Shown here in pieces: positions 37,897-48,073 of a DNA stretch of 64,000 nucleotides. Below the pieces are notes generated by a model that saw nothing but the letters and a program-made list of their open reading frames with translations, made no database searches and was not told the DNA's origin. The position numbers and the translations under genes were made by a program. Within the stretch, counting starts at the first letter, position 1; each line of letters starts with the position of its first letter. The DNA comes from a virus (taxonomy: Duplodnaviria > Caudoviricetes), in the IMG/VR virus record IMGVR_UViG_3300032227_000993. The stretch is one strand, 5' to 3'.

Positions 37897-39281
37897 TGAC
37901 AAAAAGTGTATTCCTAACAGCTGCTGAACAGATGAAAGAGGACTTAGGTCCTGCTCTTTGTCTTGCTAAGTGGAAACAAGTAAGTCTACACTTACCTACA
38001 GGACTCAACAACTCCTGCTACCATCCGCCACTACACCAAATACCCAAGGAACTGTTAGCTGACAATCCGTCAGCACTACACAATACACCGCACAAAAAAG
38101 AGCAACGCAAAATTATGCTCAAGCAAGAGCGACCAACAGAATGCAGCTATTGTTGGACACAAGAGGACATGGGCAATCTGTCCGACCGTCACTATCGCTC
38201 AGGTGAGCCATGGGCCGCCATGGACTTTGAAGCAATAAAAAACTCTACTGGAGATGAAAATGTTATACCTAGTTATGTGGAAGTTAATTTTAATCATGCT
38301 TGTAACTTATCTTGTAGCTATTGTAGCCCGCAATTTAGTTCATCATGGCAGGCAGAAGTCGATAAGCTGGGAGGTTTTCCTACCTCAACTGTTCATAATG
38401 ATCCTACTCATTTTGTTGGATCTCGTCGTCCTATTCCAGCTAGGGAAGAGAATCCTTACGTAGACGCATTTTGGGCCTGGTGGCCTGAACTGTATCCAAA
38501 ACTAAAACACTTCCGCATGACCGGAGGTGAGCCTATGCTAGACAAAAATACCTATCGAGTATTTGATTACGTGTTGGCACTACCTAAGAACGATTTACAT
38601 TTAAATGTAACCAGTAATTTTTCTGTAGAAGATCAACTATTTGAAAAGTATCTTGGTTATGTCAAGCGTTTATGCGATACACAGATAGAACACTTTATGC
38701 AGTATGTAAGCGTCGACTCAGGTATTCCTAGCCACGCCGAATACATACGCCACGGACTGACATATTCTACCATGATTACTTCTGTACACAAGTATTTAAG
38801 AGAAGTGCCTAATCGTAATAGTCTTACATTTATTATTACAATGAATAATTTAAGCGTATTAGGTTTACGTAAACAGCTAGAAGGAATATTACACTTACGT
38901 CAAACATACAGCAAAACATACCAACGTGTTTGGTTTGATACACCGCTACTACGCCAACCAGCTTGGCAAAGTATCCAACTACTACCACCTTCATACATAG
39001 CCATACTTGAGGAAACTGCTGACTGGATGGAGCAGCATTTAGAAACCGCAGAGGATCCACTACACGGATTTAAGGACTACGAAGTACAGCGCCTACGCCG
39101 TGACATAGATTGGGCCAAGGAAGGCAGTAATCTTGACCCGGACTATGTTAAACTACAAAAAGCAGATTTTTATCGTTTCTTTGCGGAACACGATCGCCGC
39201 CGCAACACAAATTTTCTAAATACCTTTCCTGAGATGGCAGCCTGGTGGACAGAATGTGAATATCATGCCAAACAACTTTGA
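37896..39281 (+). CDS. Radical SAM enzyme 1 (N-terminal SPASM/twitch-like domain)
   Basis: CNLSCSYC and TGGEP; N-terminal CLAKW...SCYH...CSYC. Confidence 0.9.
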   Translation: MTKSVFLTAAEQMKEDLGPALCLAKWKQVSLHLPTGLNNSCYHPPLHQIPKELLADNPSALHNTPHKKEQRKIMLKQERPTECSYCWTQEDMGNLSDRHYRSGEPWAAMDFEAIKNSTGDENVIPSYVEVNFNHACNLSCSYCSPQFSSSWQAEVDKLGGFPTSTVHNDPTHFVGSRRPIPAREENPYVDAFWAWWPELYPKLKHFRMTGGEPMLDKNTYRVFDYVLALPKNDLHLNVTSNFSVEDQLFEKYLGYVKRLCDTQIEHFMQYVSVDSGIPSHAEYIRHGLTYSTMITSVHKYLREVPNRNSLTFIITMNNLSVLGLRKQLEGILHLRQTYSKTYQRVWFDTPLLRQPAWQSIQLLPPSYIAILEETADWMEQHLETAEDPLHGFKDYEVQRLRRDIDWAKEGSNLDPDYVKLQKADFYRFFAEHDRRRNTNFLNTFPEMAAWWTECEYHAKQL

Positions 39282-40428
39282 ATTAATACTCGATGTAGAA
39301 TGTGAAGTTTATGCGCAACTCAATCCGTATGCCGACGATGAGTTTCGTGATTTTTCACGACAAGAAATTGTACCTGGTGCGGTGTATGTAATTGGAAGAA
39401 TCCAATCAGCAATACACATTGATAAAATTAAACATCTAGCCGAGTCGGGTCAAGCTATCATTGTGTTTAGTAATCCTGCCGAGGGATCAGAAACTATTGC
39501 CTCGGCAGTGGCAAGGTTAGGCCTGATGCCATTGATTGAAGCTAAAAAAGTTTTATTATTAGGCGGCGGCGATATGGAAGAAAAATATCCTTACTATCGT
39601 TATGATTGTTTTTTAGTAAAAATACTTGATTACCTAAGTAATAAAAAAGCAATGAAGCGCACACATGAGATATTTGAAAAAAAAGATAAACCCTACAAGT
39701 TTTTATTTTTAAATGGCCGTACTAGACCTAATCGCAAGTACTTGTTAGAGAAATTCCGATTAAGTGGATTGTTAGATCAAAGTTTGTGGACCAATTTACA
39801 ATCCAGCTCGGCAGATAACAGATACATTACTCTTACCGATGAAACCACAGGCAAAGATTTAATGTATCCTAGTTTTCCTTACAAGTTATTGCCTAAAGAA
39901 TACGAAATAGCTGAATTTCAAAACAATATCGATACAACATTTCCTAGTGATGTAGGACAATTTATTAAGCCAAACTTGTTTAATAACGAATGGGGAGAAG
40001 TACACCTTAAACCCGAAGTCTACATTGATACTTATTTTAGTTTAGTAACAGAAACAGTATTCACATACCCCTATAGTTTTAGAACAGAGAAAATTGCTAA
40101 ACCATTGGCAATAGGACATCCTTGGATTGTGGCAGCCAATACCGGTTATTATCGTGATATGCGTAACTTAGGATTTAAGACGTTCGGGCATCTTATTGAT
40201 GAAGGTTTTGATGAAATAGTTAACGATCAAGATCGTATTCATCGCATTTGGCAAGTAACCGAGGACTTGTGCAAGCAAGACTTACCTGCTTTCTTAGCCG
40301 CTGCAGAAGAAGTGTGTAAATACAATCAACAACATCTCAAAGAACTACGCAGTAACATTATTCGTGATTTTCCTGAAGAATTTGTACAATTTTTAACAAA
40401 ACATATCAATGAACGATCTAGAATTTAA
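39256..40428 (+). CDS. Putative GT-B glycosyltransferase with a GT10/fucosyltransferase-like motif
   Basis: YFSLVTET...RTEKIAKPLAIGHPWIV resembles the GT10 F-E-N...TEK...G.VP motif; paralogous to 50588..51712. Confidence 0.4.
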   Translation: MNIMPNNFELILDVECEVYAQLNPYADDEFRDFSRQEIVPGAVYVIGRIQSAIHIDKIKHLAESGQAIIVFSNPAEGSETIASAVARLGLMPLIEAKKVLLLGGGDMEEKYPYYRYDCFLVKILDYLSNKKAMKRTHEIFEKKDKPYKFLFLNGRTRPNRKYLLEKFRLSGLLDQSLWTNLQSSSADNRYITLTDETTGKDLMYPSFPYKLLPKEYEIAEFQNNIDTTFPSDVGQFIKPNLFNNEWGEVHLKPEVYIDTYFSLVTETVFTYPYSFRTEKIAKPLAIGHPWIVAANTGYYRDMRNLGFKTFGHLIDEGFDEIVNDQDRIHRIWQVTEDLCKQDLPAFLAAAEEVCKYNQQHLKELRSNIIRDFPEEFVQFLTKHINERSRI

Positions 40429-41752
40429 AAAACAAGTATTAGACAACAAGTCTGCAAGTTTCTGTGCCGCTAAATGGTACAATGCTACCATATGGCTGGG
40501 CTCGGGCATGAGTACTTCTTGTCATCACCCGCCGGCTCACAAGATTGACACCGCAGAACTTGCAATCAATCCCAAGGCAATACATAATACTCAACAGAAA
40601 AAAGATGATCGGCGACTAATGTTGGCCGGCGAACGTCCTCGTGGATGCGAGTACTGCTGGAAGATAGAGGACATGGGAGTAGATGCCATATCCGACCGTG
40701 TTTACAAAAGTAAAATTTATCCTATTGAGGCATTAGATGAAGCATACACCACACCATACCAAGATGACGTTGACCTCAAAACCCTTGAAATCGCATTTGA
40801 CCGCACTTGTCAGTTTGCCTGTAGTTACTGTAATCCAGCGTTCTCTAGTACTTGGGTTAAAGACATTAGGAATAATGGTGCTTATACCAATCTTGTCAGT
40901 GACGGCCGTAATCACTTTACTCACGCTCATGATAGCAGTCAGCTATACACCTTTGGAGAAACTAATCCTTACACTGAAGCGTTCTTCAAGTGGTGGGAGT
41001 CGGACCTCCACAAGACGCTCCAAGAATTAAGAATTACTGGTGGCGAGCCAACCATGAGTGGCGAGTTATGGAAGTTAATTGATTGGTTTAGAGAAAACAA
41101 AGGAAAATCACAAACCAAGCTGGCCATTAACAGCAACCTTGGCATGGATAGACTAAAGCTATTAGACTTTGCTGAACGCATACGCGATTTACCGCACGTA
41201 GAAATTTATACCTCTAACGAAGCCACATTTACTCAGGCTGAATACATTCGTGACGGTTTAGATTACAATTTATGGATGCACAACGCACAAGAATTATTAG
41301 AAAGCGGCAGTATCAAAGCATTACACGTGATGTGTACTATCAATGCGTTGAGTCTTTGTTCATTGACTGAATTTTTAGACCATTTAATTGAAATGAAGGA
41401 AATGTATGGCAAAGAACGTGTTAGTTTTACACTAAATATTTTACGCTTTCCAAGTTTTCAATCACCGTTGGTATTATCTAAAACATTACGCAAAACATAC
41501 GAGTTAGATTTGAGCGTATGGATTGGTCGTAATCGTGATAATCCTTTGATACACGAACACGAATTGAATCACGCATTGCGTCTACGTGATTATCTTGCTA
41601 TGGTTGAGACTCCACATTCTGAAGCGTTTGAAATGCCAAAATTATTAAATGATTTCAAACAGTTCTACACACAATACGACGAACGTAGAAATAAAAATTT
41701 TACAACAACATTTCCCTTATTAGCAGATTGGTACAATGACATACGAGTATAA
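40409..41752 (+). CDS. Radical SAM enzyme 2
   Basis: CQFACSYC and TGGEP; N-terminal CAAKW...SCHH...CEYC. Confidence 0.9.
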   Translation: MNDLEFKKQVLDNKSASFCAAKWYNATIWLGSGMSTSCHHPPAHKIDTAELAINPKAIHNTQQKKDDRRLMLAGERPRGCEYCWKIEDMGVDAISDRVYKSKIYPIEALDEAYTTPYQDDVDLKTLEIAFDRTCQFACSYCNPAFSSTWVKDIRNNGAYTNLVSDGRNHFTHAHDSSQLYTFGETNPYTEAFFKWWESDLHKTLQELRITGGEPTMSGELWKLIDWFRENKGKSQTKLAINSNLGMDRLKLLDFAERIRDLPHVEIYTSNEATFTQAEYIRDGLDYNLWMHNAQELLESGSIKALHVMCTINALSLCSLTEFLDHLIEMKEMYGKERVSFTLNILRFPSFQSPLVLSKTLRKTYELDLSVWIGRNRDNPLIHEHELNHALRLRDYLAMVETPHSEAFEMPKLLNDFKQFYTQYDERRNKNFTTTFPLLADWYNDIRV

Positions 41753-42992
41753 CTCAACAGATCTAGTTAGGCCAACTGAGCTTACAGAACGTGAAGAATT
41801 TTTATTAAAAGATTCTAAAACATTTTGTATCTATCCTTGGATACATTTACACGCTTACCCAACCGGCGAAGCATATCCGTGCTGTCATGCAGAAATGGCA
41901 TACCCTGTGGGCAACTGCCGCCATAAAACACTTGAGGAAATTTATTACGATGCTCCCATGCGTGAATTGCGTAAAGATATGCTTGCTGAAAGAATGAATC
42001 CAGCCTGCGGACGTTGTTACGAGCAAGAAGAGTCTGGGTTCTTCTCAGGACGCAAGAGTGCCAACAAGCATCATGGTCATCATATTAAACGCATAGATGA
42101 TGGCAAGTTCCAGATGAGCTACTGGGATGTTCGCTTCAGTAATCTATGTAATCTAAGCTGCCGCTCGTGCGGTCATATCTTTAGTAGTAGCTGGTATCAA
42201 GACCAAGCGGCTCTAGCTGGGCCCAGCTGGACAGAAAACAATAAAGCACTCAATATTGCTGGGCGCAACAAGGACGATATGTGGGAACAATTACTGCCGC
42301 ATATTGACTATGTAGAACAGATTTACTTTGCCGGTGGCGAGCCCCTAATGATGGAGGAACACTACCGCATACTTGACGAACTTGAACGGCGCGGTCGTTT
42401 TGATGTGCGCTTAATCTACAACACCAACTTTACACAAACTAAACTTAAAGATCGTGTGGTGTTTGACTACTGGCGCAAGTTTGACTCTGTGGCAGTAGGC
42501 GCAAGTCTTGACGCTATGGGTCCACGTGCTGAATACATACGCAAAGGCACAGACTGGGCAACAGTAGAATACAACCGCGAACAGATGATGGCAATTTGTC
42601 CCAAAGTAGATTTTTACATTAGTCCTACACTTAGCATTATGAACGCACTACACTTGCCTAGCTTTCATAAAACCTGGGTAGAAAAAGGTTACATCAAGCC
42701 ACAAGACTTAAATGTAAACATACTACAAGACCCAGCCTACTTGCGTATTGACATTGCTCCTATCAAGTACAAACAACGTATTCGGCAGGCATACATAGAG
42801 CATCTAGAGTGGTTACGTCCATTGGATCCGCTTAACCGTGCTACTGTAGGATTTGAAAGTGCTATCAATTTTATGATGGCTACTGACAATACAGCATTGA
42901 TCCCCCAATTTTGGAGCAAGACGCTAGAGCTTGATAAAATTAGAGGCGAGCAATTACTCCAAGTTATTCCTGAACTAGAGGCGCTGTCTTGA
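41736..42992 (+). CDS. Radical SAM enzyme 3
   Basis: CNLSCRSC and AGGEP; N-terminal CIYPW...YPCC...VGN...CGRC. Confidence 0.9.
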   Translation: MTYEYNSTDLVRPTELTEREEFLLKDSKTFCIYPWIHLHAYPTGEAYPCCHAEMAYPVGNCRHKTLEEIYYDAPMRELRKDMLAERMNPACGRCYEQEESGFFSGRKSANKHHGHHIKRIDDGKFQMSYWDVRFSNLCNLSCRSCGHIFSSSWYQDQAALAGPSWTENNKALNIAGRNKDDMWEQLLPHIDYVEQIYFAGGEPLMMEEHYRILDELERRGRFDVRLIYNTNFTQTKLKDRVVFDYWRKFDSVAVGASLDAMGPRAEYIRKGTDWATVEYNREQMMAICPKVDFYISPTLSIMNALHLPSFHKTWVEKGYIKPQDLNVNILQDPAYLRIDIAPIKYKQRIRQAYIEHLEWLRPLDPLNRATVGFESAINFMMATDNTALIPQFWSKTLELDKIRGEQLLQVIPELEALS

Positions 42993-44197
42993 ACTTACCA
43001 CATGACAAATTTTGTGTCCTACCATGGGTTAGCCTTGAGACATCGCCCATAGGAACTGTACGTCCTTGCTGTCTGGCCGATCACGAGATTACCGATAATG
43101 CTGGTGAAAAGTTTAACCTTAGTACAGCAACCTTTTCGGCAATACAAAATAGTCACGATATGCGTCGACTACGTCGGCAGTTTATCGACGGAGAGCAACC
43201 TGAAACTTGCCGTAAATGTTGGAACGAAGAACAATCTGGTAGGACGTCTAAGCGTATGCATACTCTTGACCGACTTAAACACGTGATTCCACCCCAGGAC
43301 TGGACTATAGATGCTAAACCTTTGATGTTCCTTGATCTTAAACTGGGTAATATTTGTAACCTCAAGTGCCGTATCTGTGGATCGTGGAGCTCTAGTACCT
43401 ATGCCACTGAGGAGATGAAGCATACAGGTAATCAAAAAGGCAGCTTCCATCATCAAATGTTACGCCAAGGATCTTGGCCGCGCGAAAACAAAGTATTTTG
43501 GAATGAAATAGATGAGATATCATCGCAAATACGCTATTTAGAATTTACTGGCGGTGAGCCTTTTATGATACAAGAGCATTTTGATATGCTACAAGGATTG
43601 GTAGAACGTGGTATCGCACCCAATATTGAAATACACTACAATACCAATGGTACACAATGGCCTAAAGACGCTGACGAAATTTGGCGACATTTTAAAACTG
43701 TAGAAATTGCTTTTAGTATCGATGATGTAGGTGCCCGTTTTGAATATCAACGCAGTAATGCCAAGTGGCACGAGGTCTGCGAAAATATTGAAAAGTTTAG
43801 ACAACTTCGTATTCGATATCCCAACATACAGCTTCAAGTTTGTTCCACAGTAAATGTGTTTAATGTGTTTTATGTCGACGAATTAGCCAATTGGATTGAT
43901 AAACAAGAGTTTGATTTTGTCTATTGGAATATGATGCATGATGCTCCGTATTTTAGTATTGCTAACCTACCTAAGGCGGCCAAACAAACCATTACCAACA
44001 GATTGATCACCGCCGACGTGTCCAACAAACATAAACAAGAGTTTATAAACATCATGGACTTTATGAATAATGGCAATCAAGATTTAAGCAAACAAATGAT
44101 TGCTGAAATTCGCAAAGTAGATCTACGTCGCAATGAAAATCTTGCTCAAGTAGAACCAGAATTTGCCACCCTTATTGGCTATGAAGTTACCTCCTAA
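42989..44197 (+). CDS. Radical SAM enzyme 4
   Basis: CNLKCRIC and TGGEP; N-terminal CVLPW...RPCC...CRKC; TTG start overlapping the upstream TGA. Confidence 0.9.
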   Translation: MNLPHDKFCVLPWVSLETSPIGTVRPCCLADHEITDNAGEKFNLSTATFSAIQNSHDMRRLRRQFIDGEQPETCRKCWNEEQSGRTSKRMHTLDRLKHVIPPQDWTIDAKPLMFLDLKLGNICNLKCRICGSWSSSTYATEEMKHTGNQKGSFHHQMLRQGSWPRENKVFWNEIDEISSQIRYLEFTGGEPFMIQEHFDMLQGLVERGIAPNIEIHYNTNGTQWPKDADEIWRHFKTVEIAFSIDDVGARFEYQRSNAKWHEVCENIEKFRQLRIRYPNIQLQVCSTVNVFNVFYVDELANWIDKQEFDFVYWNMMHDAPYFSIANLPKAAKQTITNRLITADVSNKHKQEFINIMDFMNNGNQDLSKQMIAEIRKVDLRRNENLAQVEPEFATLIGYEVTS

Positions 44198-45470
44198 GAA
44201 TCTTTGCCTTGCTCCTTGGACGCACACTTATCTCAGTCCACAAACTGAGCGACGTATGTGCTGTGCCTCACGCGAGCCAGCGCAAAACTTTGAACAATAC
44301 ATAGATACAAAATCGGGAACAGGCCAGTACATTCCCTTGACTCTTGAACAACATTGGAACGGAGAGCATATGAAAAGTGTGCGCCGACGCATGATGGCCG
44401 GTGAAACACTACCTGAGTGTGCTGTATGTAACGAGCAACTGTTAAACACAGATGTTTATCGCAGTTATTTTAACCGTATGTTTGGCCACAAGCAAGACGA
44501 AATATGGCTGGCCACAGATAAAGACGGTTCTACCACTATGAAGCCAATAAGTTGGGACTATCGTTTCTCTAACCTATGTAACTTTAAATGTCGTATGTGT
44601 GGAGATATGCTGTCATCGGCGTGGGAATCAGAACAACGCCAGCATCGTATGATTGACTGGGATAATCCTAAAAATAACTGGATGAAATTAGAAGTACGTG
44701 CGGAGATAAGCAAGTTTCAAGACACTCAAATAGAAGAAGAATTTGCTCAGGCTGTCAAAGAACACCGTGTAGAAGAAGTTTACTGGGTAGGTGGCGAACC
44801 CTTAATGTATGAACAGCATTGGCGGTACATGAAACAAATAGTAGATCAAGGCGACGGAGATCGCGTGTATGCTAGATACAACACTAATCTTAGCAGAGTG
44901 GATTACAAAGGCATCAGTCTTTACGATGATATTTTGTGTCATCTTCGTGATTACCAGATATGTGCTAGCCTCGATGGAACAGGCGCCATTGGCGAATACA
45001 TCAGAACTGGACTTGACTATGCTGTGTGGCGAGATAATTTTGCCCGTGGAGTAGCAACAGCAAAAAATCGCAGACAATGGCGGATTGATTTTACCCTTAC
45101 TTTACCAGGGCTATTTGAAGTTGAAAACATCCAGGCCCTTGCTAGAGAATTTGATGTAGAAATACTTGCCAAAGTAATCTTTTCGTTCTCACCGGATATC
45201 ATCCTAAGTCCATTGGCACTACCACGCAAGCTACTCAACAGAACTGTTGACCGCCTGTTGCCCATGACCACAGGTGCTATGTATGATGTATTAGTTCAGC
45301 TAAAAAACCGGCCTACCTTTGAGGAGCAATGGCCCGACACCTTTGCCAAACAGCTTGCTTGGGGCAAGCATCGTGTGTTACAATTAGAGTCGATACGTGG
45401 CGGCATGACCCTTGCGGATATTTTACAACAGGATCCAGAAATTTATGAGTGGTACAACCAAATATCTTGA
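44163..45470 (+). CDS. Radical SAM enzyme 5
   Basis: CNFKCRMC and VGGEP; N-terminal CLAPW...RMCC...CAVC; likely start is the ATG at 44181. Confidence 0.9.
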   Translation: MPPLLAMKLPPKNLCLAPWTHTYLSPQTERRMCCASREPAQNFEQYIDTKSGTGQYIPLTLEQHWNGEHMKSVRRRMMAGETLPECAVCNEQLLNTDVYRSYFNRMFGHKQDEIWLATDKDGSTTMKPISWDYRFSNLCNFKCRMCGDMLSSAWESEQRQHRMIDWDNPKNNWMKLEVRAEISKFQDTQIEEEFAQAVKEHRVEEVYWVGGEPLMYEQHWRYMKQIVDQGDGDRVYARYNTNLSRVDYKGISLYDDILCHLRDYQICASLDGTGAIGEYIRTGLDYAVWRDNFARGVATAKNRRQWRIDFTLTLPGLFEVENIQALAREFDVEILAKVIFSFSPDIILSPLALPRKLLNRTVDRLLPMTTGAMYDVLVQLKNRPTFEEQWPDTFAKQLAWGKHRVLQLESIRGGMTLADILQQDPEIYEWYNQIS

Positions 45471-46500
45471 CCGAATAGAGATACTATTGTGGGACAAGGA
45501 TGAAAATCCTACTCATGTTTATGTTGACGTGTTTGATAATTCGCTTAGTCGTAAGTGGTTATCGGCATTAAATCAGTTATTAGTAAACAATTATCATTTA
45601 GAGAAGAATTATTGCTTCTTGGGCTTCCCTGGCGCTGACCGCAATGGCAAACTTATTATCGATCAGATAAACAAATCTATTGAATTTATTAATAACTCAG
45701 ACATTGGCTACACTATCGACGATCATTTTGCGTTGTCGGAAGTATTAGACAGCGAATCGCGTATTAATCATGACAGATTTAATCACTTACATAGATACTT
45801 TGAAGATTTACAAGGAGTAAGCGGCAATATTAGTCCTTACTACTGGAAAGCAGACAATGCTACACGATGGCATATTAGACAACTCAATCTTTTGTGCCAT
45901 GAGTTTGAATCTTGGGCACTAAGTTGGCGTAAAAAACACACAGCACCCGAGTGGGTTCGTCCTAGCCAGTTGATGTGTTGGCTTAATGCTCCACGTTTTG
46001 TATTAGATGACGAAGATTATGAATTATTTGGCATTGAAACTATTAATCGTTCCATGGGTGGAGTATTTGTAGGAGTAAACAAAGCGGTAGGCAAACATCA
46101 TTGGGAAGTATTCCACGATGAAGGTAGAGATAGTCGTGTTAGTGAATTAACCACTACAACATTAAAACCACAAACAGAAGCTGCTGGCGATTTTGACATT
46201 GAGTGGGGTGTTGATCCTAGTAATCGTGAGTGGCAGATAAATGTATTAAAAGATTTTAGAGAATGGTTGATTGTCAACGGCTTTGACCCCGACGATAAAA
46301 GTTTAACCATCGGTCATCCGCAAGTAGGGCAGGTAGATTTGGCAGCAAGTTTTGGAACTGACGACTACAACACTATTTGGGACAAACTTAATAATCAGTT
46401 GAATGTAAAAAGCATTAAAACTAGCAAAGCAAGTGCTAGTTACACGTACAATTGGTCTGATGTAGACTACATGGAGCAACAAATAAAATGTCTTGGTTAA
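45445..46500 (+). CDS. Hypothetical protein within the radical SAM array
   Basis: About 350-aa ORF; first ATG at 45445 (track start 45412); no CxxxCxxC and no recognised fold. Confidence 0.65.
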   Translation: MSGTTKYLDRIEILLWDKDENPTHVYVDVFDNSLSRKWLSALNQLLVNNYHLEKNYCFLGFPGADRNGKLIIDQINKSIEFINNSDIGYTIDDHFALSEVLDSESRINHDRFNHLHRYFEDLQGVSGNISPYYWKADNATRWHIRQLNLLCHEFESWALSWRKKHTAPEWVRPSQLMCWLNAPRFVLDDEDYELFGIETINRSMGGVFVGVNKAVGKHHWEVFHDEGRDSRVSELTTTTLKPQTEAAGDFDIEWGVDPSNREWQINVLKDFREWLIVNGFDPDDKSLTIGHPQVGQVDLAASFGTDDYNTIWDKLNNQLNVKSIKTSKASASYTYNWSDVDYMEQQIKCLG

Positions 46501-46589
46501 AAAATATTTACAAACGCATTGTACTTGAGATTAAGTATCGTCGCAAGTTAAAAGAACTGCGCAAGAAGGATCCTTTTATTTACAAATGA
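46488..46589 (+). CDS. 33-aa basic peptide (not in the ORF track)
   Basis: Hand translation MSWLKNIYKRIVLEIKYRRKLKELRKKDPFIYK; fills the gap exactly, and its TGA overlaps the carbamoyltransferase ATG (ATGA). Confidence 0.65.
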   Translation: MSWLKNIYKRIVLEIKYRRKLKELRKKDPFIYK

Positions 46590-48073
46590 AACATTATCTA
46601 GGTATTTCAGCTGGCTATCATGATGCCGCCGCTACTGTGATCAATAGTAACGGCGATATTCTCTTTGCTGGTCATAGTGAACGCTACAGTAAATTAAAAA
46701 ACGATAAAAATTTATGCGATAACTTACTATCTGAATTATGTGAGTGGCAATATGATACCGTGGCATTTTACGAACGTCCGTGGATGCATAATTTACAACA
46801 GTTGTATTCAGGACAACACAATGTAGGGCCATGGACCCGGCGTGGCACATTAAACAAACACCTAGGTACTTGGTATCAGACTCCAGCCAAGCACGAAGTC
46901 TGTTATCCTCATCACCTGTGTCACGCTGCCGCCGGATTTCAGACAAGTGTATTTGATCGAGCCACTGTAGTGGTAATAGATGCCATTGGCGAGTTTGATA
47001 CAATTTCAATTTATGGAGCAAAGTATGATAAAAAAGGTAAGGCAGTTTATAAAAAACTTTGGGGACAAAAATATCCACACTCAATCGGACTCCTTTATAG
47101 TGCAATTACTCAGCGCATTGGCTTACACCCGTTAGACGAAGAATATATTACCATGGGTATGAGCGCCTACGGCGATAAAACAGCGGCCAGTGTTATTATG
47201 GGTAATCATTTGATAGAAAATGCTAAAGAAATAAAATTTAAGCAAAATTTACACGCTGGTGTAGATAAAGATTTTATGTTTTTCACTACAAACGCAGATT
47301 TGGCCGCAGGAGTGCAAGCTGTTGCAGAAGAATTGATAAGTAATGTTATGATTAAAGCTCGTGAATTTGGCTGGAGCGATAATCTGGTGTATCAAGGCGG
47401 TGTTGCCTTAAACTGTTTAGCCAATAGAAATCTCGGTCGTTACTTTGAAAATATTTGGATCATGCCTTGCCCTGGCGATGCTGGCTCTAGTCTTGGAGCG
47501 GCTGCTCTTGCCTACGGCAAGCGCATCAACTTCACCAACGCTTATCTTGGTCACAACATTAGCGGAAAATATCCTGTTAACGCCTGTCTCGATCATTTAC
47601 TTACAGATAGAATCGTTGGAGTTGCTTCCGGTCGTGCTGAATTTGGGCCCCGAGCACTTGGGAACAGAAGTCTACTCGCAGACCCAAGAGGACCTGATAT
47701 AAAGGACCGTGTTAATGAAATCAAACGCAGACAAAAGTTTAGACCATTCGCGCCAGTCGTATTGGCAGAGCTCGCTGATGAATTTTTTGATATGCCTGCT
47801 GGCTTTCGTAATAGTCCTTACATGCAGTCAGTCGCTAAGTGTAAGCATCCTGAATTGTATCCTGCTATTGTTCATCACGACGGTACTAGTAGAGTACAGA
47901 CTGTACCAGATAACGGTTCGGGCATTAGGCAGTTGCTTGAAAAATGGTATGTCCTGACAGGATGTCCTATGCTGTTAAACACTAGTCTTAATATCCGCGG
48001 CGAACCCATGGTCAATGATCGAGCAGATGCTGATCGTTTTGAAAAATTATACAATGTGAAAGTGTGTTCGTGA
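46586..48073 (+). CDS. Carbamoyltransferase, NodU/CmcH/TobZ family
   Basis: LGIS..YHDAAA, ERYS, HHLCHAAAGF, IDAIGE, GGVALNC, GRAEFGPRALGNRSLLADP, RQKFRPFAP, LLNTSLN.RGEP. Confidence 0.92.
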   Translation: MKHYLGISAGYHDAAATVINSNGDILFAGHSERYSKLKNDKNLCDNLLSELCEWQYDTVAFYERPWMHNLQQLYSGQHNVGPWTRRGTLNKHLGTWYQTPAKHEVCYPHHLCHAAAGFQTSVFDRATVVVIDAIGEFDTISIYGAKYDKKGKAVYKKLWGQKYPHSIGLLYSAITQRIGLHPLDEEYITMGMSAYGDKTAASVIMGNHLIENAKEIKFKQNLHAGVDKDFMFFTTNADLAAGVQAVAEELISNVMIKAREFGWSDNLVYQGGVALNCLANRNLGRYFENIWIMPCPGDAGSSLGAAALAYGKRINFTNAYLGHNISGKYPVNACLDHLLTDRIVGVASGRAEFGPRALGNRSLLADPRGPDIKDRVNEIKRRQKFRPFAPVVLAELADEFFDMPAGFRNSPYMQSVAKCKHPELYPAIVHHDGTSRVQTVPDNGSGIRQLLEKWYVLTGCPMLLNTSLNIRGEPMVNDRADADRFEKLYNVKVCS

